In this document: positions 1 through 12,260 of the stretch, in pieces | Numbering within the stretch: the first letter of the stretch is position 1 | Layout of the letters: each line of letters starts with the position of its first letter | Assembly: GCF_001564455.1 (NCBI RefSeq) | Contig: NZ_CP011391.1 | Coordinates: 690,001-722,000, forward strand | From: Faecalibaculum rodentium | Lineage (GTDB): Bacteria > Bacillota_I > Bacilli_A > Erysipelotrichales > Erysipelotrichaceae | Direction: 5' to 3' | Length of the DNA stretch: 32,000 bases | Notes under the pieces: model-generated | Told to the model about the DNA's origin: nothing | The model's database searches: none | What the model saw: the letters and a program-made list of their open reading frames with translations, nothing else | Translations under genes and position numbers: made by a program

Positions 1-1275
1 CTGCGGAAGGTGCGCCGGAACAACCTGAGCATCCTGCAGGAAGTCAAGGACAAGGCCAGGGCCATGGATGTATCCATCACCCTGTCCATGGCCTTCGCCT
101 ATGGAACGAGACACTTCACGGAACTGGACAACATGCTCAATGACCTCATCGAGCTGGCGCAGAGCCGAGGGGGAGACCAGTGTGCAATCCAGGAAGCAGG
201 GAAGGAAATCGAGTACATCGGCGGAAACTCCGAGTCCAGTTCCCAGCGGTCCAAGGTCCGCGTGCGGATCATGGCCAATGCCATTTCCGATGCGATCCGG
301 GACTCCGGATCCGTCTACATTGCCGGACATGTCAATACGGATTATGACTGCATGGGGGCAGCCATGGCTGTCTCCAACTGGGTGCGATCCCAGGGAAAGC
401 AGGCCTTCATTGTCCTGAAGGACATTCCCAGGGACCGGCAGCTGCAGGAAACCATGGACCGGTACGCGAAAAGTATAACGGAACGGGATGTGTTCCTGAC
501 CCCGGAAGAGGCCCGGGAGCGGATGGACATGGAAAAGGACCTGCTGGTCATGGTGGACCACTCCGTGCCGGAAATCTCCAGTGCCAGGGACTTCCTGGAA
601 GAGGCAGGCCGCATTGCGGTGATCGACCATCACCGCCGGGGGGATTCCTTTGTGAAAAACCCCATGATCACGTATGTGGAGTCGCAGTCATCCAGCACGG
701 CGGAGCTTGTGACGGAACTGCTGCAGAACATTCCGCGGCATGTACCGATTTTCGAGGCGGAAGCCACGATCATGTACCTGGGACTGCTGGTGGACACCAA
801 CCGGTTCAAGATGCATACATCGGCCCGCACCTTCGAAACCGCGGCCGTGCTGCGGTCCTGGGGGGCCAATGTCCAGGAGGCGGAGGAAGCCCTGACAGAG
901 GATATGGATCTCTATCTGGAAAAGGCGCAGCTGGTATCCGGAGCCGAACAGTATCTGGACAAGTACATGATCGCCGTGGCTAGCCAGCCTACGGACCGCA
1001 CCATGATTTCTCAGACCTCGGATGCCATGCTCAAGATCCGCGGCATCGAGGCCAGCTTCACCATTGCACCCGATCCGGATGAACCGTCCACATCCCGGAT
1101 TTCCGCCCGAAGCATCGGCCGGGTGAACGTGCAGCGGATCATGGAAAAAATGGGCGGAGGCGGCCACTTTGCCGCAGCTGCCTGCCAGCTGGACAACACC
1201 ACTGTCCAGCAGGCAAAAGAACAGTTGATGAAAACGATAGAGGAGGATACAGACCATGAAAGTGATCCTGCTTAA
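1..1275 (+). CDS. gdpP: cyclic-di-AMP phosphodiesterase GdpP/YybT family, C-terminal ~420 aa (5' end lies outside the window)
   Basis: Frame 1 is open from base 1, so the gene is truncated by the window edge. It shows RGGDQ (end of the degenerate GGDEF domain), DHH-family motifs ([21 protein letters not shown]) and the DHHA1 GGGGH motif. The gdpP-rplI-dnaB order is classic Firmicute synteny. Confidence 0.85.
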   Translation: MRKVRRNNLSILQEVKDKARAMDVSITLSMAFAYGTRHFTELDNMLNDLIELAQSRGGDQCAIQEAGKEIEYIGGNSESSSQRSKVRVRIMANAISDAIRDSGSVYIAGHVNTDYDCMGAAMAVSNWVRSQGKQAFIVLKDIPRDRQLQETMDRYAKSITERDVFLTPEEARERMDMEKDLLVMVDHSVPEISSARDFLEEAGRIAVIDHHRRGDSFVKNPMITYVESQSSSTAELVTELLQNIPRHVPIFEAEATIMYLGLLVDTNRFKMHTSARTFETAAVLRSWGANVQEAEEALTEDMDLYLEKAQLVSGAEQYLDKYMIAVASQPTDRTMISQTSDAMLKIRGIEASFTIAPDPDEPSTSRISARSIGRVNVQRIMEKMGGGGHFAAAACQLDNTTVQQAKEQLMKTIEEDTDHESDPA

Positions 1276-1705
1276 GGATGTAAAAAAAGTCGGCAAGGCC
1301 GACGAGCTGAAGGAAGTCAGCGATGGCTATGCACGCAACTTCCTGATTCCGAAGGGACTGGCCATGGCGGCCAGCCCGGCAAACCTCAAAGCCTACGAAC
1401 AGGAAATGCAGAAACGCGCTGCCAATGAAGCCGAACTGAAAAAGCAGGCAGAGAAAACCGCAGAGGAACTCAAGGGTGTGACGCTGGAGTTCCAGCTCTC
1501 GCAGGGAGCAGGCGGCCATGTCTTCGGGACCATTTCCTCGAAACAGATCGCCGTGGCCCTTGCACAGAAGGGCTTCCCGGTGGAAAAGCGCAAGATCATG
1601 ATGACCGACCCCGTGGATTCCCTGGGAACCACGAAGGTGAAGATCGACCTGTATCACGGCCAGGTCATCGGTGAAGTGGACGTGCACGTCAGCGCAAAGA
1701 ACTAA
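1256..1705 (+). CDS. rplI: 50S ribosomal protein L9
   Basis: N-terminus [36 protein letters not shown] is the canonical L9 signature. GAGGAGGA lies 9 nt upstream of the ATG. The gene overlaps the gdpP end by 20 nt. Confidence 0.95.
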   Translation: MKVILLKDVKKVGKADELKEVSDGYARNFLIPKGLAMAASPANLKAYEQEMQKRAANEAELKKQAEKTAEELKGVTLEFQLSQGAGGHVFGTISSKQIAVALAQKGFPVEKRKIMMTDPVDSLGTTKVKIDLYHGQVIGEVDVHVSAKN

Positions 1706-3054
1706 TGGCAGACAGAATGCCCAACGCCCAGGTCATGGAACAGTCCCTCCTGGGCTCTTTGCTTGTGTATCCAAGCGTCATGACCGACTGCCAGGACCTG
1801 GGACTGCAGCCGGAGGAATTCTACATCCCCGGACACCAGACGCTGTATGCGGCGATGCAGGACCTGGATGCCACAGGCAAGGCACTGGATCTCAACAGCG
1901 TGGCTCTGCGCCTGCAGGAAAAGGGACAGCTGGAGGCCGCCGGCGGGCTGGACTACATCATTGCCCTGGTGGATGGTGCCGTGAGCAGCGCCGGGGTGAA
2001 GACCTATATTGAAACGATCCAGGACAAGTACCAGTTGCGGCGTCTGATCGAGACCGCCGACGAGATCCGGGAAACCGCGATGGAGTCGGCGGACAGCCTG
2101 GATGACATCCTGTCGCAGAGCGAATCCGCGGTGATGGATGTGACAAGACGGACACGCGGCACGGACTTCCTGTCTTCGCGGGAGATCGTGGACCGGGTGC
2201 TGGAACAGCTCAAGGAGCTGCGCAACACATCCGGGATCACGGGAATCAAGACCGGCTACACGGATCTGGACCGCATGACCAACGGCTTCCAGCGGGGAGA
2301 CCTGATCATTCTCGCTGCCCGTCCTGCGATGGGAAAATCCGCCCTGGCCCTGAACCTGGCGGTCCAGGCAGCCAGACGCAATCCCGGGGCTGTGGCTGTC
2401 TTCTCCCTGGAAATGCCGGCGGATTCCATCATGAAGCGTATGCTGTCCAGTGAATCCAGGGTCCAGTCAGGCAAGCTGCGGGATGGCCGGCTGTCCAACG
2501 ATGAAATGAACCGGCTGTTTGAAGCCGGCAACGGCCTGGCGGAATCCCTGATCTATCTGGATGACACCGGCAGCATCAAGGTCAACCAGATTTTCTCGAA
2601 ATGCCGCAAGCTCAAGTCCGAGCAGGAGAGCCTGTCCATGATCGTCATCGACTACCTTCAGCTGATCACGGGATCCAGGTCGGATTCCCGCCAGCAGGAA
2701 GTCTCAGAGATTTCCCGGAGCCTGAAGATCCTGGCCAAGGAAATGGACTGCCCGGTGATTGCCCTGTCCCAGCTCTCCCGGAAAGTCGAGGACCGGACCG
2801 GGCATGAACCCCAGCTGTCGGACCTGCGTGAATCAGGATCCATCGAACAGGATGCGGACATCGTTATGTTCCTGTACCGGGAAAACTACTATGACAAGGA
2901 CAAGGAAGCCCAGGAGCAGATCGAAGTCGTGGACCTGTCCCTGGCCAAGCACCGGAACGGTGCCATCGGCCGGATCCAGCTCGCCTTTGAAAAAGGCGTG
3001 TCGCGGTTCACGAATTACGCCAGTTCGAGGGGAGATGATGTGCATGCGGGTTGA
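1705..3054 (+). CDS. dnaB: replicative DNA helicase (DnaB family; DnaC in Bacillus nomenclature)
   Basis: 449 aa with Walker A ARPAMGKSALALN, Walker B IVIDYLQL and SQLSR/RESGSIEQDAD motifs. There is a TAATG stop/start overlap with rplI. Confidence 0.95.
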   Translation: MADRMPNAQVMEQSLLGSLLVYPSVMTDCQDLGLQPEEFYIPGHQTLYAAMQDLDATGKALDLNSVALRLQEKGQLEAAGGLDYIIALVDGAVSSAGVKTYIETIQDKYQLRRLIETADEIRETAMESADSLDDILSQSESAVMDVTRRTRGTDFLSSREIVDRVLEQLKELRNTSGITGIKTGYTDLDRMTNGFQRGDLIILAARPAMGKSALALNLAVQAARRNPGAVAVFSLEMPADSIMKRMLSSESRVQSGKLRDGRLSNDEMNRLFEAGNGLAESLIYLDDTGSIKVNQIFSKCRKLKSEQESLSMIVIDYLQLITGSRSDSRQQEVSEISRSLKILAKEMDCPVIALSQLSRKVEDRTGHEPQLSDLRESGSIEQDADIVMFLYRENYYDKDKEAQEQIEVVDLSLAKHRNGAIGRIQLAFEKGVSRFTNYASSRGDDVHAG

Positions 3055-3793
3055 TGTGCTGTGTTCGGGCTCGAAAGGCAACAGCTGTCTGGTGACATCA
3101 GGCAGTGCCCGGCTCCTGATTGACTGCGGAAGCACTAAGCGCTACCTCACCCAGGCACTGACACAGGTGGACGTGAAGCCGGAGGATCTCATGGCGGTGC
3201 TTATCACCCACAGTCACTCTGACCACATCTCCCAGCTGAAGATGGTGCAGGATCTGCCGCTGTTTTCCTGCTGCGATCTGAAGGAAGGGCAGAAAAAGCA
3301 CCGGATCATGCCTGGGGACTGGTTCATTCTCGGACCCTTCAAAATCACGGTAGTGGGCCTCTCCCATGATTCCCCTGGCGGGTGTGTGGGATACGTGATC
3401 GACGATGGCATCAGCCGGCTGGTCTACGTGACCGATACCGGGTTTGTGCCCAATGCAGCCCGGGAGCTGCTTTCGGGGGCCGATGCCTATGTTTTTGAGT
3501 CCAATCATGATGTGGCCACGCTCATGGCCACAAACCGGCCGATGTACCTGAAACAGCGCATCCTCTCGGATTCCGGTCACCTGAACAACGAAGACAGTGC
3601 CCAGTGCCTGTCACAAATCGTGACAGGAAACACGAAGCACGTGATTCTGGCCCATCTCTCGGATGAAGCCAATACACCGGAGATGGCGCTCGATGCCTTT
3701 CATGACGGCTTCCAAAAGCGGGGACTGAATGATTCAGCCATCGATGTCCAGTGTGCAAAGCAGAAAATCATCACGTCCACCAAAGAGTTCTGA
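3044..3793 (+). CDS. MBL-fold metallo-hydrolase (YycJ/WalJ-like)
   Basis: Begins MRVDVLCSGSKGNSCLV and carries the HxHxDH motif (ITHSHSDH). GAGGGGAG sits just upstream. The longer track ORF (2759..) overlaps dnaB and was trimmed. The start could be 3035, 3038 or 3044. Confidence 0.75.
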   Translation: MRVDVLCSGSKGNSCLVTSGSARLLIDCGSTKRYLTQALTQVDVKPEDLMAVLITHSHSDHISQLKMVQDLPLFSCCDLKEGQKKHRIMPGDWFILGPFKITVVGLSHDSPGGCVGYVIDDGISRLVYVTDTGFVPNAARELLSGADAYVFESNHDVATLMATNRPMYLKQRILSDSGHLNNEDSAQCLSQIVTGNTKHVILAHLSDEANTPEMALDAFHDGFQKRGLNDSAIDVQCAKQKIITSTKEF

Positions 3794-3908
3794 GGCTGCA
3801 GCTGTCGGAACTTTTTTCTGTCCGGGGAGGGAGCGGGCATCTGGAAGGAGACTGGCCTGAAACAGTTGTAAAATATCCGCGTTCATCTGCAGTGATGGAC
3901 TAAGTTTC

Positions 3909-3960
3909 ACACAGACCGCATCGGCCGGATCTGCCGGCCTGCAGCCAATGCGGTCTGTGT
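3909..3960 (+). terminator. 13-bp perfect inverted repeat (ACACAGACCGCAT N26 ATGCGGTCTGTGT) with a nested GGCCGG/CCGGCC hairpin; either a terminator lacking a U-tract or a protein-binding palindrome
   Basis: Arms at 3909-3921 and 3948-3960 read directly from the sequence. No T-run follows. It lies between the MBL gene and the upp promoter. Confidence 0.4.
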
Positions 3961-3976
3961 ATTCCACAAGGCACTC

Positions 3977-3985
3977 TGGTATAAT
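3977..3985 (+). promoter_or_regulatory. extended -10 promoter (TGgTATAAT) for upp-atp
   Basis: TG at 3977-3978 and TATAAT at 3980-3985, 26 nt upstream of the upp ATG. The -35 is weak. Confidence 0.55.
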
Positions 3986-4011
3986 GAGACCGGAAAATCG
4001 AGGTAATAAGT

Positions 4012-4632
4012 ATGCTTCATGTAATTGATCATCCTCTGATCCGTCACAAGCTGACGGTCATGCGTGACAGGAACACGGGAACCAAGGATTTCCGGGAGAA
4101 CCTGGACGAAATCGGAAGCCTCATGGTGTATGAAGTCACCCGGGACCTGCCTGTGGCGGATGTGGAAATCGAAACCCCCATCTGTTCCTATACAGCCAAG
4201 ACACTGGAGTCTCCCGTGGTCGTCGCTCCGATTCTTCGTGCCGGCCTGGGCATGGTCAGTGGCATCCTGTCCCTGATCCCCACGGCAAAAGTCGCACACA
4301 TCGGTCTGTACAGGGATGAAAAGACTCTGGAACCCCACACGTATTTCGAGAAGTATCCCCCCAACATCGAGGAAGCCACGGTGCTGATCGTGGATCCCAT
4401 GCTGGCCACCGGCGGCAGTGCCAACGCCGCCATTGACATGGTGAAGCGCCAGGGAGCGAAGAACATCAAGCTGGTGTGCCTGGTGGGTGCACCGGAGGGT
4501 GTCAAGGCAGTGGAACGCGAACATCCGGATGTGGACATCTACCTGGCGGCTCTGGATGAGAAACTGAACGAAAACGGCTATATCGTACCGGGTCTCGGCG
4601 ACGCCGGCGACCGGATCTTCGGCACGAAATGA
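4012..4632 (+). CDS. upp: uracil phosphoribosyltransferase
   Basis: [20 protein letters not shown]-terminus, PRPP loop [14 protein letters not shown]-terminal [13 protein letters not shown]. The upp-atp linkage matches Bacillus. Confidence 0.95.
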   Translation: MLHVIDHPLIRHKLTVMRDRNTGTKDFRENLDEIGSLMVYEVTRDLPVADVEIETPICSYTAKTLESPVVVAPILRAGLGMVSGILSLIPTAKVAHIGLYRDEKTLEPHTYFEKYPPNIEEATVLIVDPMLATGGSANAAIDMVKRQGAKNIKLVCLVGAPEGVKAVEREHPDVDIYLAALDEKLNENGYIVPGLGDAGDRIFGTK

Positions 4633-4808
4633 AGCCCGCGAAGTTTCCCGGGTTTCTGCTTGCGAACATCCTGGTGGCGCTGCTGGTCGGCTACCTGCTG
4701 GATTCCTGGCTGCACACCTCTCCGGTGTTCATCGTGGCGGGTGTCCTGTATGCGGTGATCGGCTCCATCATTCTGCTTGTGTGGCATGCCAGACAGAACA
4801 ACGGATGA
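4629..4808 (+). CDS. AtpZ/AtpI-family small membrane protein (59 aa), absent from the supplied ORF track
   Basis: My own translation is [59 protein letters not shown], which gives two hydrophobic helices. Its ATG overlaps the upp TGA (ATGA). The position ahead of atpI/atpB is typical of atpZ. Confidence 0.5.
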   Translation: MKPAKFPGFLLANILVALLVGYLLDSWLHTSPVFIVAGVLYAVIGSIILLVWHARQNNG

Positions 4809-5166
4809 ACTGCGGCAGCAGTTCGGCACCATCTCCCGGATCTCACTGGTCCTGGGGGCTGCAGGAAGCCTGGCGGCCCTGTTCTGGGGCCTGAAGGCAG
4901 TCTGCGGCGTATGGGCCGGGCTGTTCATGTGCCTGGCGGGACTGGCCATGATCCAGACCTGGGCTGTCCGGGGCACTTTCACGAAAATGTCCGGTTTCAA
5001 AAGCTACGCCGGGCGGTATATTTTTTATGGCCTCGTCATCGCCGCCTGCCTGTGGCTGGGTGTGCCGGTGCTGAGTCTTGTCGCGGGCATCGCGCTGCAG
5101 AAAGCCGCGCTGGTGATATACCCGCTGCTGGGAAAGGAGGATGTTGATGGACCCCGCTATGATTAG
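4786..5166 (+). CDS. atpI: ATP synthase protein I (AtpI-like membrane protein)
   Basis: A hydrophobic ~126-aa ORF immediately upstream of atpB and overlapping it. The assignment rests on position and hydrophobicity only. The start is uncertain (TTG 4777 or ATG 4786). Confidence 0.5.
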   Translation: MPDRTTDELRQQFGTISRISLVLGAAGSLAALFWGLKAVCGVWAGLFMCLAGLAMIQTWAVRGTFTKMSGFKSYAGRYIFYGLVIAACLWLGVPVLSLVAGIALQKAALVIYPLLGKEDVDGPRYD

Positions 5167-5860
5167 CGCCATTGAGATCCATTTGGGCGGCTTCACACTG
5201 GAAATCCAGCAGTCGATTCTGGTCTGGCTGATCCTCTGTGTGCTCTTCGCCTTCTTCTTCTGGTTCGCAGGCAGGAAAATCGAACAAGCCGATCCGTCCA
5301 GGGCCCCGAAAGGCCTGGTCTATGTCTGCGAGGAGATCTACAATCTCATTCTGTACGTGGTGCAGGGCAACCTGAAGGAAACCACTGCCCGCTACATTCC
5401 GTTTTTTGGCACCCTGATCATCATGATGCTTGTCAGCAACCTGACAGGCCTTGTGGGCCTGCAGAACCCCACGAGCAACGTCAGCTTCAATGCCACGCTG
5501 GCCCTGACGCTGTGGGTCATGATCCAGGGAAGCGCCATCCGCAAGGCTGGTCTGAAGGCCCGGATGAAGGAACTCACGGAACCCATGTGGCTGTTGACGC
5601 CGCTGAACATCATCGGCGAGCTGGCCCTGCCGATTTCGCTGACCATGCGTCTGTTCGGCAACATTCTGGCGGGTTCTATCATCACGCTGCTGGTCTACAC
5701 GCTGATCAAGAACATCGCGCCCTGGGGTTATCTGGGGCTGACGCTCACTCCCTTCCTTCACATGTATTTCGATATTTTCTCGGGTGTGATCCAGACATAC
5801 ATCTTCTTCACCCTGGGGTCCTATTTCCTGGGACAGCAGGTATCGAAGGAAGCGGACTGA
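5141..5860 (+). CDS. atpB: F0F1 ATP synthase subunit a
   Basis: 239 aa, multi-pass, with the conserved RLFGNILAG stator-arginine motif. AAAGGAGG lies directly upstream of the ATG. Confidence 0.9.
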   Translation: MLMDPAMISAIEIHLGGFTLEIQQSILVWLILCVLFAFFFWFAGRKIEQADPSRAPKGLVYVCEEIYNLILYVVQGNLKETTARYIPFFGTLIIMMLVSNLTGLVGLQNPTSNVSFNATLALTLWVMIQGSAIRKAGLKARMKELTEPMWLLTPLNIIGELALPISLTMRLFGNILAGSIITLLVYTLIKNIAPWGYLGLTLTPFLHMYFDIFSGVIQTYIFFTLGSYFLGQQVSKEAD

Positions 5861-5884
5861 AACACAAATCAAGGAGGACAATGA

Positions 5885-6136
<252 letters not shown>

Positions 6137-6142
6137 ACCTGA

Positions 6143-6670
6143 ATGGTCGACTTCAATATTGACAACTATCTGCGAATCTCGCCGACGGATGTCATTCTGG
6201 TTCTGATTTCGACCGCCCTGATCATTCTGTTCGCAAAGCATTTCTTCTGGGACAAGCTCACGGCGTTCATCAAAAAGCGCCAGGACCTGATCCAGGAAAA
6301 CATCGACAGCTCCGAACGCCTCAGACAGCAGGCGCTGGAGGAAAAGGCTGTCTATGACAGAAAAATGCAGGATGCCGGCAAGGAGGCCCATGCCATGATC
6401 GAAGAGGCGAAGGCCCAGGCCGGGGAAGAGAAAGCCGAGATCCTGGCCCAGGCAAAGAGCCAGGCCGACCGGATGCGGCAGGCTGCGGCGGAAGACATTG
6501 TCAGGGAACAGCGCAGGGCGGAAAAGGACATGGCCACAGCCATCAGCAGCGTGGCTCTTTCCGCAGCGGAGGCTCTGGTGAAAAAGGAAGCAGACGACGA
6601 AGTGCGTGCGGATTTTGTCGCAGACTTTATCCGGCAGGCGCAAGAGGATGACAGATGGCAGACTCACTGA
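6143..6670 (+). CDS. atpF: F0F1 ATP synthase subunit b
   Basis: One N-terminal transmembrane helix followed by a long charged A/E/K/Q-rich coiled coil. Its position between atpE and atpH fits. Confidence 0.85.
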   Translation: MVDFNIDNYLRISPTDVILVLISTALIILFAKHFFWDKLTAFIKKRQDLIQENIDSSERLRQQALEEKAVYDRKMQDAGKEAHAMIEEAKAQAGEEKAEILAQAKSQADRMRQAAAEDIVREQRRAEKDMATAISSVALSAAEALVKKEADDEVRADFVADFIRQAQEDDRWQTH

Positions 6671-7188
6671 TGCCCTATGTGCAGGCGCTGTATGAGTCAG
6701 CTGCCGAGGCAGGAAGCACAGAGGCGGTGGAAAAGGATCTGGAGCAGCTGGATGCTGTCCTGAAACAGAACCAGGACTACACGGCCATGCTGGGTCATCC
6801 GGGTGTGACCAGGGAGCAGAAGGCAGCCTGGCTGACGGAACTGACCGCCGGTGCAGAGCCGCTGCTGACGACGTTTCTGACGATCCTGGCCCATCACGGT
6901 CTGGCGGGACTGATCTCCGGTCTGTATGCCGCCTGGAAAGACTGTGTCAGACAGGCCAACGAAATAGAGACGGTGCTGGTGGAAACACCTGCACCGCTGT
7001 CCGCGAAAGACGAAGCGGCTCTGACAGCCATGCTGGAGTCCCGTCTGAAGCGAAAGATCGAGCTCACGGTCCGGGTGGAACCGGATCTCATCGCGGGACT
7101 GCGTGTCAGGGCCCGGGACCTGGTCCTGGACAACACCGTGCGCAGCCGTCTGAATACGATGCGTGAACAGCTCGTGGAAAGCAGGTGA
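6655..7188 (+). CDS. atpH: F0F1 ATP synthase subunit delta (OSCP)
   Basis: 177 aa. The C-terminal [21 protein letters not shown] motif is typical of delta. It overlaps the atpF end. Confidence 0.85.
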   Translation: MADSLMPYVQALYESAAEAGSTEAVEKDLEQLDAVLKQNQDYTAMLGHPGVTREQKAAWLTELTAGAEPLLTTFLTILAHHGLAGLISGLYAAWKDCVRQANEIETVLVETPAPLSAKDEAALTAMLESRLKRKIELTVRVEPDLIAGLRVRARDLVLDNTVRSRLNTMREQLVESR

Positions 7189-7192
7189 AGGT

Positions 7193-8728
7193 ATGAGTTT
7201 GAATCCGGCAGAGATCACAAAGCTGATCAAAGCCCAGATACAGAATGCCGGGCAGGACCTGGAGATGTCGGAGAGCGGCACTGTGCTCAGTGTCGGCGAC
7301 GGCATAGCCACGGTTTACGGCCTCAAAGACGCCATGATGAGCGAGCTGCTCATCTTCCCGCATGATGTCTATGGCATGGTCATGAACCTGGAGGAAGACC
7401 AGGTCGGTGCCGTGCTCATGGGTGAAAACTACGACATCAAGGAAGGCGACCTTGTCAAGCGCACGGGAAAAATCGTTGAAGTGCCCGTGGGCGACGGCAT
7501 GATCGGACGGGTGGTCAACGCCCTGGGGCAGCCCATTGACGGACAGGGTCCCATCGAATACACAAAGGAACGCCCGGTTGAGCGGGTGGCTCCCGGTGTC
7601 ATGACCCGGAAGAGTGTTTCGGTCCCCCTGCAGACGGGCCTGAAAATCATCGACTCCATGATCCCCATCGGCCGCGGCCAGCGTGAGCTGATCATCGGCG
7701 ACCGGCAGACAGGAAAGACCGCAATTGCCATTGACGCGATCCTGAACCAGAAGGACCAGGACGTGCTCTGCATTTATGTCGCCATTGGCCAGAAGGCCAG
7801 CACGGTGGCACAGATCGTGGAAAAGCTCAAGCAGTATGGCGCCATGGACTACACGACGGTTGTGGCTTCCACGGCCAGTGAACCGGCACCCCTGCAGTAC
7901 ATTGCACCCTATGCCGGCTGTGCGATCGGCGAAGAGTGGATGGAAAACGGAAAGGACGTGCTGATTGTCTACGACGATCTGTCCAAGCACGCCGTTGCCT
8001 ACCGGACCATGTCGCTGCTGCTGCGCAGACCTCCCGGACGTGAAGCCTACCCCGGTGATGTATTCTACCTGCACTCCAGGCTCCTGGAGCGTGCGGCGAG
8101 GCTGAATGAGGAAAACGGAAACGGCTCTCTGACGGCGCTGCCGATCATCGAGACACAGGCGGGGGACATTTCGGCATATATCCCGACAAATGTCATTTCC
8201 ATCACCGACGGCCAGATCTTCCTGAAGACCGAGCTGTTCAATGAAGGCATCCGACCGGCAGTGGATTCCGGTCTGTCGGTATCCCGTGTCGGATCTGCCG
8301 CCCAGATCAAGGCCATGAAGCAGGTCTCCAGTTCCCTGAAGCTGGAACTGGCGCAGTTCCACGAAATGGAATCCTTTGCGAAATTCGGGTCCGACCTGGA
8401 TGCTGCCACGACGGAAGTGCTCAACCAGGGTGAAAAGGTGACGCAGCTGCTGATCCAGCCGCAGTACAAGCCCATGCCGGTGGAACAGCAGGTGCTGGAA
8501 CTCTTCACATCGAAGTACCGCTACCTGAAGAAGGTGCCGGCCCACCTGGTTCAGAAATATGAAGACGGCATGATTTCCTACATCAAGCGAGAATATCCCT
8601 ATATCATTGACCAGATCCGCCGAGACCAGGCGCTGGACAACGAACTCATCGCGCAGACAAAGACCGCGCTGGATGCCTGGACGCAGTCGTTCCTGCAGAC
8701 AGAAGGCATCGCCGATGGCGGCAAGTAG
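7193..8728 (+). CDS. atpA: F0F1 ATP synthase subunit alpha
   Basis: P-loop [11 protein letters not shown] and [12 protein letters not shown] chose the start at ATG 7193 (MSLNPAEI) rather than track position 7163, which overlaps atpH. Confidence 0.95.
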   Translation: MSLNPAEITKLIKAQIQNAGQDLEMSESGTVLSVGDGIATVYGLKDAMMSELLIFPHDVYGMVMNLEEDQVGAVLMGENYDIKEGDLVKRTGKIVEVPVGDGMIGRVVNALGQPIDGQGPIEYTKERPVERVAPGVMTRKSVSVPLQTGLKIIDSMIPIGRGQRELIIGDRQTGKTAIAIDAILNQKDQDVLCIYVAIGQKASTVAQIVEKLKQYGAMDYTTVVASTASEPAPLQYIAPYAGCAIGEEWMENGKDVLIVYDDLSKHAVAYRTMSLLLRRPPGREAYPGDVFYLHSRLLERAARLNEENGNGSLTALPIIETQAGDISAYIPTNVISITDGQIFLKTELFNEGIRPAVDSGLSVSRVGSAAQIKAMKQVSSSLKLELAQFHEMESFAKFGSDLDAATTEVLNQGEKVTQLLIQPQYKPMPVEQQVLELFTSKYRYLKKVPAHLVQKYEDGMISYIKREYPYIIDQIRRDQALDNELIAQTKTALDAWTQSFLQTEGIADGGK

Positions 8729-9557
8729 ACAGGACATCAAGGCGCGCATCGCTTCGGTGGACTCGACGAAAAAAATCACCAAGGCAATGCAGCTGGTGGC
8801 CAGCAGCAAGCTGACCAGACAGCGGGAGCGCATGGAAGCAAACCGGACCTATGCCAAGGCCATGCATGAACTGTTTGACAGAATCTGCGAGGGCATGGGA
8901 AAACGATCTGTCTGGGTGACCCCGGCAGAAGGAAAACCGGCGGTGGTGTTTGTGATCACGAGCGACATGGGGCTTTGCGGCGGCTACAATGCCAATGTAT
9001 GCCGGACTGTGGCTGCGGATCTCGACCCCAGGGATGAAATCGTGGTGATTGGTTCCAGGGGCGCTGCCTGGTTTGGCTCGCATCCCGGATATCACATCCT
9101 GGATACTGTTGCGGATCTCAATGACGATGACGCCTATCTGGTGCTCTCCAAGCTCATGGATGACGCCCTGCACCGGTATGAAGCAGGCGAGATCTCGAAG
9201 ATCCAGGTCCTGTACACGCATTACAAAAACACGCTGACCTTTGTCCCGACTCTGGTCACGATCCTGCCGGTCGCACCGCAGGCGGCAAAAACCGGTGGTG
9301 CGGATACGATCTATGAACCGTCCCAGGCGGCAATGACGGACAAAGTCATTCCCATGGCAGCCAGAAGCCTGCTGTATTCCCTGTATCTCGAGAGCAAGAC
9401 CTCGGAACAGGCGAGCCGGCGCATGGCCATGGAAAGCGCCACAGACAACGCCACGGAGCTGCAGGAACAGCTGGAGCTGGAATACAACCGGATCCGCCAG
9501 GGTGCGATCACGCAGGAGATCACGGAGATCGTCAGCGGCGCCAACGCGCTTGTATAA
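8715..9557 (+). CDS. atpG: F0F1 ATP synthase subunit gamma
   Basis: Begins [33 protein letters not shown] and ends [15 protein letters not shown]. The internal ATG at 8715 was chosen; the track ORF start at 8607 lies inside atpA. Confidence 0.9.
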   Translation: MAASRQDIKARIASVDSTKKITKAMQLVASSKLTRQRERMEANRTYAKAMHELFDRICEGMGKRSVWVTPAEGKPAVVFVITSDMGLCGGYNANVCRTVAADLDPRDEIVVIGSRGAAWFGSHPGYHILDTVADLNDDDAYLVLSKLMDDALHRYEAGEISKIQVLYTHYKNTLTFVPTLVTILPVAPQAAKTGGADTIYEPSQAAMTDKVIPMAARSLLYSLYLESKTSEQASRRMAMESATDNATELQEQLELEYNRIRQGAITQEITEIVSGANALV

Positions 9558-11371
<1,814 letters not shown>

Positions 11372-11385
11372 CTCTGACCGTCCAG

Positions 11386-11417
11386 ACAGCAGGTGTCAAA
11401 AGGCACCTGCTGTTTTT
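11386..11417 (+). terminator. rho-independent terminator of the atp operon
   Basis: ACAGCAGGTG (11386-11395) pairs with CACCTGCTGT (11404-11413), followed by TTTT. Confidence 0.85.
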
Positions 11418-11671
11418 GAGCCTGAAAACGGGATAAGCCGCAGCGGCAGCAGAAAGCACAGAGAAACTGATGCCTTTTTCTATACAGCAGCAGAAACGGC
11501 AGTCTGCAGGAAAGCGGACGGTGCCGATATCCGTTGCAGGGTTTCCGGACAGCCGATACACTGAAAGCATCAGGAACCGCTTTGTTCAGGGGACAGGCTG
11601 CAGACGGATGCTTCCGTGAGCCTGCAGGTATCCTTCGGCCGTCGCCTGGAGGTGGATGAAAGGAGACAGAC

Positions 11672-12246
11672 ATGATTCGTCCTGAAGAGAAAATCAGAGA
11701 GCTGTGCCGGGCTGTGATTCTGGAGACAGACCGTCTTGTGCTGCAGCCGCTGACCCTGGATGACCGTCCGGCTCTGTGCGCCATCCTGCAGGATGACAGA
11801 ACCATGATCCACTATGGAGGCGCATTTGACGAAGCCATGACAGATGCATGGCTTAAGCGTCGCTGGACTGGTATGAAGCCTTCGGGATCGGTCTCTGGGG
11901 GGTCATCCGCAAAAGTGACGGCGTGATGATCGGACAGTGCGGCCTGATCTGGCAGCCCTGGAAAAACCGGCAGGTGCTGGAAATTGGATACCTGTTCAAC
12001 CGGAAGTACTGGCATCTTGGGTATGCAGCAGAAGCGGCAGCAGCCTGCCGCGATCTGGCACTGGACCGGCTGCAGGCAGAAGAAGTCTGCTGCATCATCC
12101 GGGATTCCAATGAGCCTTCGCAGAAAACAGCCCTGGGGATCGGAATGAAGCCTCAGGATGGAGAAGTCAGGCATTGCCGCGGGCAGGACATGCCCCATAC
12201 CCGGTGTGTTCTTTCACGAAGGCTGCGCGAAGGACAGGAAGCTTAG
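11672..12246 (+). pseudogene. GNAT family N-acetyltransferase (RimJ/RimL-like) interrupted by a 1-nt frameshift
   Basis: The N-terminal half (ETDRLVLQPLTLDD...DAWLKR) is in one frame. The remainder (LDWYEAFGIGLWGVIRKSDGVMIGQCGL...EIGYLFNRKYWHLGYAAEAA...) is in the -1 frame, which is open from 11857. The junction lies within 11857-11866. Confidence 0.7.
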
Positions 12247-12260
12247 AGAGAGAAAATACT

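Noticed and set aside
2759-3043. Upstream part of track ORF 2759..3793
   Set aside because: It overlaps the 3' end of dnaB in another frame. The MBL-fold homology begins at MRVDVLCSGSKGN, just after a ribosome-binding site.
3961-4011. PyrR-type attenuator upstream of upp
   Set aside because: Only about 26 nt separate the -10 from the start codon. There is no room for the binding loop plus terminator, and no ARUCCAGAGAGG-like motif was seen.
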